From assembly GCA_041946805.1 (NCBI GenBank), contig JBHGBC010000130.1, positions 1-17,235 of the forward strand: a stretch of 17,235 nucleotides of DNA, given 5' to 3'. Position 1 is the first letter of the stretch. The number at the start of each line of letters is the position of its first letter. Made by a program: the position numbers and the translations under genes. This document shows, one piece after another, positions 16,071 through 17,235 of this stretch. The notes under the pieces are model-generated. The model was not told where the DNA came from, did no database searches, and was given only the letters and a program-made list of their open reading frames with translations. This DNA is from a bacterium. Lineage in GTDB: Bacteria > Hinthialibacterota > Hinthialibacteria > Hinthialibacterales > Hinthialibacteraceae.

Positions 16071-16818
16071 GAATTACTCACTATATAACATCGTATGTGC
16101 AGGCCTGACCGATCGGGGTCGAATCCGCGCGGAAAATCAAGATGCCTTTTTCATGCTGCCTGAGAAAGGCTTTTTCTTAGTCGTGGATGGCCTCGGCGGT
16201 CATCAAGCGGGGCGCCACGCCGCGGAAATGATAACCAACATCTTACCAGAACAGATTTTACAATTATCTTTAACGGTATCAAATGGCACAAAAGCCATCG
16301 CAGCGGTGCTGCAAGAAGAAATCCGGCGTTTGAATCATATTCTCTGGCAAGCAAGTGAATCCTACGAAAATATTCGTGGCATGGGAGCCACGCTGGTCAT
16401 GGCATATTCGCTCCAAGAAAACGTATTCATTGCACATGTCGGAGACAGCCGGGCTTATTTATTACGCGCGAACCAATTGAATCCCTTAACCAAGGATCAT
16501 TCCATCATTCGACATCTCGTGGATAGTGGGGTCATCACTCCCGACAAGGCAGACGATCATCCGATGAAAAATCAAATCACGCAATGTATCGGAATGGAAA
16601 AGGATATCGCACCTGATATTACATCATTTATTACTCAAGCAGGAGATCGGATTTTGCTCTGCACAGACGGACTGTCAGAAATGCTGAAGGATACCGAAAT
16701 AGCGGAGATTTTGAATAGTCAGAAAGATTCCCAACTGGCTTGTCAAATACTTATTGAAATGGGTAACGACCGAGGCGGTGAAGATAACATGACCGTTGTC
16801 ATTGTGGATTGGATATAG
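16063..16818 (+). CDS. PP2C/PPM-family Ser/Thr phosphatase (Stp1/PrpC-like, about 251 aa)
   Basis: TDRGRIRAENQD, VVDGLGG, MGATL, AHVGDSRAY, LTKDHS, LLCTDGL and GGEDNMT; alternative start at 16051. Confidence 0.93.
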   Translation: MNENYSLYNIVCAGLTDRGRIRAENQDAFFMLPEKGFFLVVDGLGGHQAGRHAAEMITNILPEQILQLSLTVSNGTKAIAAVLQEEIRRLNHILWQASESYENIRGMGATLVMAYSLQENVFIAHVGDSRAYLLRANQLNPLTKDHSIIRHLVDSGVITPDKADDHPMKNQITQCIGMEKDIAPDITSFITQAGDRILLCTDGLSEMLKDTEIAEILNSQKDSQLACQILIEMGNDRGGEDNMTVVIVDWI

Positions 16819-17235
16819 TTAATTTTAACATATCTTCTCTTGAAATGAAAAAGTGAAAAGATTATGCTGAAATTCCTTTTTTTACTTATGAATTCTTATC
16901 TACCTATCCATATTGGATTATTCCAGCGTACATTTGAGGATGGAGATCATATCTATCTACAATCCTCGTTTTTCAACCGTCTGCCTTTCACTTTTCAATC
17001 TCCAATAGCACGCTTTGAACAACATCTAGATAATCAAAATCCTCTCCCTCGCCATAGAGTTCAAGGTTTGTCCACACGAAGGCAGAATTCATAAGAGTCC
17101 TTCAATTGGGGGCAGGGCAATAAACCGCTGCGCAACTCTGAGCCAACGTGTGTAATTTTAAAATATTTTCAGTATCTATTTCATTCCGTGTAACTTACCA
17201 ATAGAGAAGCTCCCCTTTATCTGGCAAAATACCGG

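Noticed and set aside
16864..17094. 76-aa + strand ORF after PP2C
   Set aside because: No recognisable motif or clear RBS, AT-rich composition unlike the operon; likely spurious.

Overview
The window is a single co-oriented (+ strand) cluster of about 16.7 kb and 16 genes behind a strong sigma70-type promoter, with tight or overlapping gene junctions. It couples a diversity-generating retroelement (DGR) to a chaperone/AAA+/phospho-signalling module. Gene order: RHH-like regulator, CLec1, DGR-type reverse transcriptase, HEAT-repeat protein, GrpE-like, atypical Hsp70, Ycf46-like AAA+ 1, DUF1257/Ycf35-like, CLec2, CLec3, DUF2997-like, AAA+ 2, CLec4, Ser/Thr kinase-AAA+ 3 fusion, CLec5, NrdG-like radical SAM, PP2C phosphatase. 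The five stand-alone FGE-sulfatase/CLec-fold paralogs end in an equal-length (126 bp) variable region. Its variable codons are almost all NNC, the footprint of adenine-specific mutagenesis of AAC codons. It is followed by a conserved IMH-like end, 8-bp T-rich tandem units and a GC hairpin. I find no template repeat (TR) and no avd gene, so the DGR is either split (TR in trans) or has lost its template. The kinase has a WNK-like layout: the beta-3 Lys is replaced by Gly and a Lys sits in the Gly-rich loop. My overall inference is a hypervariable cytoplasmic sensor array wired to an AAA+/Hsp70/kinase-phosphatase machine, possibly a defence or conflict system. All family calls come from motif recognition by eye; no searches were run.
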